A stretch of DNA of 64,000 bases, taken from positions 1,106-65,105 of the forward strand of contig CALAMI010000017.1 of the NCBI GenBank assembly GCA_937925685.1. The letters are read 5' to 3'. Origin of the DNA: Candidatus Binatia bacterium (GTDB lineage Bacteria > Desulfobacterota > Binatia > HRBIN30). The notes below the pieces were generated by a model that was not told the DNA's origin, did not search any database, and was given only the letters and a program-made list of their open reading frames with translations. Below are positions 61,033 through 64,000 of this stretch, in pieces (within the stretch, counting starts at the first letter, position 1; every line of letters starts with the position of its first letter). The position numbers were made by a program, and so were the translations under genes.

Positions 61033-62490
61033 TCAGCGCTTTGCCCATTTGCCCCTCGACCGACAGCGTTTGCTCGCAGGAGGCTGCTCGCGCATTTGCT
61101 GCAACTCGGTAAAGGCAGCTCGCAGATCGGCAGCGAACTCATGGACATCGGGCACGACGTCGAAGTCGGCGTTGAGGCCGAAGGACAATAGGCCCTCATA
61201 ACTCAAGATGGCCACGCCCAGCCCTTGATGATCGAACAGAGGGACCGTGGGATAGCCCCGCAATAGCCTTGCCCCGAGCAAGTACAGCGGAAATTGGGGG
61301 CCAGGCACATTGGTTACGATTAAATTGAACGGCGCCAGGCGCATGGCAACCCGCACTCCCAAAGTCAGTAACGGATTCATCGCTTCGGCAACGCGAGTAA
61401 ACACCTCCACCGCCCGTTCCTCGCGGGTGCGCTTGCGGCGCTCGGTTTCAGCCACCAGGTTGCGGTATCGTTGCAGAGGATCGGGCTCGTGTACCGGAAG
61501 CGGAAGCAGCCACGCCGACACACGATTCCCGGCGCCCCCAACGTCGTCTTCGGGCCGGCGCAAACTCACCGGCACAACCGCACGAAATTCCACGCCGTCG
61601 AGACTGGCCATTTTTCGTCGCAAGTATCGGCGAACCGCCCCGGTAACGGTGGCCAAAACGACGTCGTTGACCGAGCCACCCCAGCGATTTTTGATCTCTT
61701 TGGCACCCGCAAGGGGGATCTCTTGCCAGTCGAAGCGTCGAAACGGACCAATGGGCTGATTCAGCGGCGTCGCACTGGGCAAATGCAAGCCAGAGCGCAA
61801 GAACGACCAGCTCCAATCCAACGCGTCCTTCGCTTTCCGCAGCGTCGACCCAGGGTCGACCACGACGCCCCTCAAGGCTCGCCAAAGCTCGGTCGGCAAG
61901 GATAGGCGCTCGAAGACCTTGTCGCGCAGCAGTCGGGCCCCGGAGGGAGCTGGTCGCGGTCGCCATGGCGGCCCAGGTTCGAAAGTCTCCACTGGGATCG
62001 GCTGAAGCAGCGTTGCCATCAAATCGATTCCGGACACTCCGTCGACCACGGCGTGGTGGGTCTTCAACACGATCGCAAAGCGATCGTGTTCTAGGCCTTC
62101 CACGACCCATGCTTCCCACAGCGGGCGCCGCCGATCCAACGGAATCGACATCAGTCTTCCAGCCAACTGTTTCAGTTGCTGCTCGTCCCCCGGGCGGGGC
62201 ACAGCCGTGTGACGAACGTGGTAGTCCAGGCTAAATCGCTCGTCGTCGACCCAGACCGGGCTCCTCTCCCAGGGCACGAAAGCTAGCCGTTGCCGATAGC
62301 GGGGGATCAGAGGCAGTCGCGATGCGATATAAGCCCGGATGCGTTCAACGTCGACGCCGCCGTCGCGGCGAGCCAACGGGCCAGCCTCGAATACCGTCAC
62401 CCCTCCCAAGTGCATGTGTGTCGTACGCCGCTCGAACAGCAGGAACGAGCGATCCGCAGCGCTCAACGGCTCGTACCACGCCTGGCCCAT
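61033..62490 (-). CDS. Wax ester synthase / diacylglycerol O-acyltransferase (WS/DGAT) family protein
   Basis: Catalytic HHAVVDGVSG (HHxxxDG) motif. ~480 aa. ATG at 62490. Confidence 0.75.
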   Translation of the reverse strand: MGQAWYEPLSAADRSFLLFERRTTHMHLGGVTVFEAGPLARRDGGVDVERIRAYIASRLPLIPRYRQRLAFVPWERSPVWVDDERFSLDYHVRHTAVPRPGDEQQLKQLAGRLMSIPLDRRRPLWEAWVVEGLEHDRFAIVLKTHHAVVDGVSGIDLMATLLQPIPVETFEPGPPWRPRPAPSGARLLRDKVFERLSLPTELWRALRGVVVDPGSTLRKAKDALDWSWSFLRSGLHLPSATPLNQPIGPFRRFDWQEIPLAGAKEIKNRWGGSVNDVVLATVTGAVRRYLRRKMASLDGVEFRAVVPVSLRRPEDDVGGAGNRVSAWLLPLPVHEPDPLQRYRNLVAETERRKRTREERAVEVFTRVAEAMNPLLTLGVRVAMRLAPFNLIVTNVPGPQFPLYLLGARLLRGYPTVPLFDHQGLGVAILSYEGLLSFGLNADFDVVPDVHEFAADLRAAFTELQQMREQPPASKRCRSRGKWAKR

Positions 62491-63269
62491 GGCTTCTCCC
62501 GATCCCCCGGTAGCTTGGGCGCTGACTCGCCCCAGCCGCTCACGTCCACACCTAACGAGCGAATAAAGTCGAGAACCCGTTGGGGCCGCATGTAGTCGGG
62601 ACCACGGTCGTACTGCCACATTCGTGACCTTCCCGTCGGCGTCACGAATCGCAGCGCCTGGTCGAGAGAAAACACCACCCCACGACGGCAGATCTTGCGC
62701 TCGTAGCGCTCGGCATGCTCGGGGTCGAACACGAAGTTCATGGCGTCGCACATGTGCACGATGTTCGTGTTGTTCCACTCACGCGGGCTCAAGCTTACGT
62801 GAATGGCAAGAGACTTCGGCTCGTACGCGACAATGGTCCCATTCAGACTCACGATCCACACAGCGTCGAGGCAACAAGCGCAGTATCCCTCGATACGCAC
62901 CTGCTTGTCGCTCAGTGGCGGCATCATGGACACCGCAAGCGACTCCATGGCGCAACCAGCGTACGCAAGAAAGCGACCATCCACGTGGACCTCGGCTACG
63001 GTGGGATAGCTCGAAAACGGCGGGGCTTTCAGCACATGGACGTTTTGGGTGCTCAGGTCCACGACGCACATCATACCCAGTTCCAGCTCTTTATAAGCCT
63101 CGATGATCTCTTCCCGCGTGAGCCCGGTGCCTTCGTGGACGGCCCGGAGATTCGGCCCGCGCCCGTTTGCACACCAGTATTCGTAGAGGAATTGGCGCAC
63201 TTTGAGGGCCCCTTCGCTGAAGCGAAACTCCGGCACGTTTTGCGGCATCTGCCACTCCTGAACGAACAA
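62463..63269 (-). CDS. Alkylmercury-lyase (MerB)-like family protein
   Basis: EGYCACCLDAVWI resembles the MerB catalytic segment YAWCALDTLIFP (Cys/Asp dyad). N-terminal HTH-like region. Not in a mer operon. Confidence 0.4.
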   Translation of the reverse strand: MFVQEWQMPQNVPEFRFSEGALKVRQFLYEYWCANGRGPNLRAVHEGTGLTREEIIEAYKELELGMMCVVDLSTQNVHVLKAPPFSSYPTVAEVHVDGRFLAYAGCAMESLAVSMMPPLSDKQVRIEGYCACCLDAVWIVSLNGTIVAYEPKSLAIHVSLSPREWNNTNIVHMCDAMNFVFDPEHAERYERKICRRGVVFSLDQALRFVTPTGRSRMWQYDRGPDYMRPQRVLDFIRSLGVDVSGWGESAPKLPGDREKPWARRGTSR

Positions 63270-63545
63270 ACGTTTGTTGCCTACCTGGTTTCCACCACCC
63301 AGTCAAATACTGCCTGGCGGTCACATTCCAAGGGCTGGAAACCTTGGACACAAAGAGGTCGGGGTTGCACCAGAACGAGAGATGTGGACATGCCCACATG
63401 CCTATGTGGCGCCACTGGTCAGCCATGGATCCACAACGATGCGGACCCCAGAACTGCTTGTGCCTTCCCGGCACCGACAGCGGCGACGCCACAACAGCAA
63501 GCCTCGCACTTTACCCAAAGGTTTGCCCCGCAAAGGAGGGTCATA

Positions 63546-64000
63546 ATGAGCCAAGATGCCGTGCTGTACGAAGAACGGGACACTCTAGGGATCGTCACCC
63601 TCAACCGCCCGGAGAAGCTAAACACCTTGAACGAGGCGGTCATTCAAGGGATTGTCCAAGCGATCGACCGCGCCACGCTCTCGGCGGCCGTCCGCTGCGT
63701 GATTTTACGCGGGGCCGGTCGAGTGTTCTCTGCCGGTTACGATCTGACTGCGGCGAGTGCAGAAGGCGCCGGTTTTCGGCCTCGCTTCGCCGCGCCGCGT
63801 CCACAGCCACGAGCTGGGACCTGGGATCCGGTGTACGACCTTGCCTTGATGGGGCATAACGTGCGCCGCTTCATGGCGCTTTGGGAATGCCCGAAGCCGG
63901 TCATCGCTCAAATTCACGGCTACTGCGTCGGCGGGGCAACCGACTTAGCCCTTTGCGCCGACCTGATCTTCATGTCCGAAGACGCGATTATCGGTTACCC
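63546..64000 (+). CDS. Enoyl-CoA hydratase/isomerase (crotonase) family protein, 3' partial at window end
   Basis: AAGGAGG 7 nt upstream of ATG 63546. Open to the window end. ERDTLGIVTLNRPEKLNTLN...ILRGAGRVFSAGYDL...QIHGYCVGGATDLAL crotonase signatures. Confidence 0.7.
   Translation, partial: MSQDAVLYEERDTLGIVTLNRPEKLNTLNEAVIQGIVQAIDRATLSAAVRCVILRGAGRVFSAGYDLTAASAEGAGFRPRFAAPRPQPRAGTWDPVYDLALMGHNVRRFMALWECPKPVIAQIHGYCVGGATDLALCADLIFMSEDAIIGY

Overview
High-GC (~62-65%) bacterial chromosomal window with about 45 genes, densely coding on both strands. Proteobacterial-type markers (apaG, mltA, pntAB, cytochrome c peroxidase, thrH) sit alongside F420/LLM-type oxidoreductases and a WS/DGAT acyltransferase. 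Core content: a sensor histidine kinase; tandem paralogous secreted Cys-rich proteins; an abrB-mltA-aminotransferase block; folK; split pntAA/pntAB/pntB; a GNAT fused to an ADP-forming acyl-CoA synthetase; a translationally coupled GT4 glycosyltransferase and amylo-1,6-glucosidase pair; an apaG-M14 peptidase-thrH operon; a Znu/Tro-type metal ABC transporter; a BMP-family ABC transporter; a 1039-aa secreted enzyme with a C-terminal FN3 domain; a di-heme cytochrome c peroxidase; full-length cobalamin-dependent metH; a membrane-anchored spermidine-synthase-like fusion; and a merB-like / WS-DGAT / two-LLM cluster. The most unusual region is 45.7-55.3 kb on the minus strand. It holds an intact stand-alone HIRAN-domain protein, then a large SNF2-family helicase and a sacsin-like GHKL (ELLKNADD) ATPase giant protein, both broken into many overlapping ORF fragments by frameshifts and at least one in-frame stop. 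This looks like a decaying (or mis-assembled) genome-surveillance or defence-like module that I cannot assign to any named system. A second disrupted gene is an RCC1-repeat protein with an in-frame TAG at a conserved aromatic position and a frameshift into a Pro/Thr linker plus a Cys-bracketed double EF-hand (dockerin-like) module. The same module recurs in an unrelated protein 4 kb away. Several 0.8-1 kb ORF-free gaps remain unexplained. No rRNA, tRNA or CRISPR array was recognised by eye.
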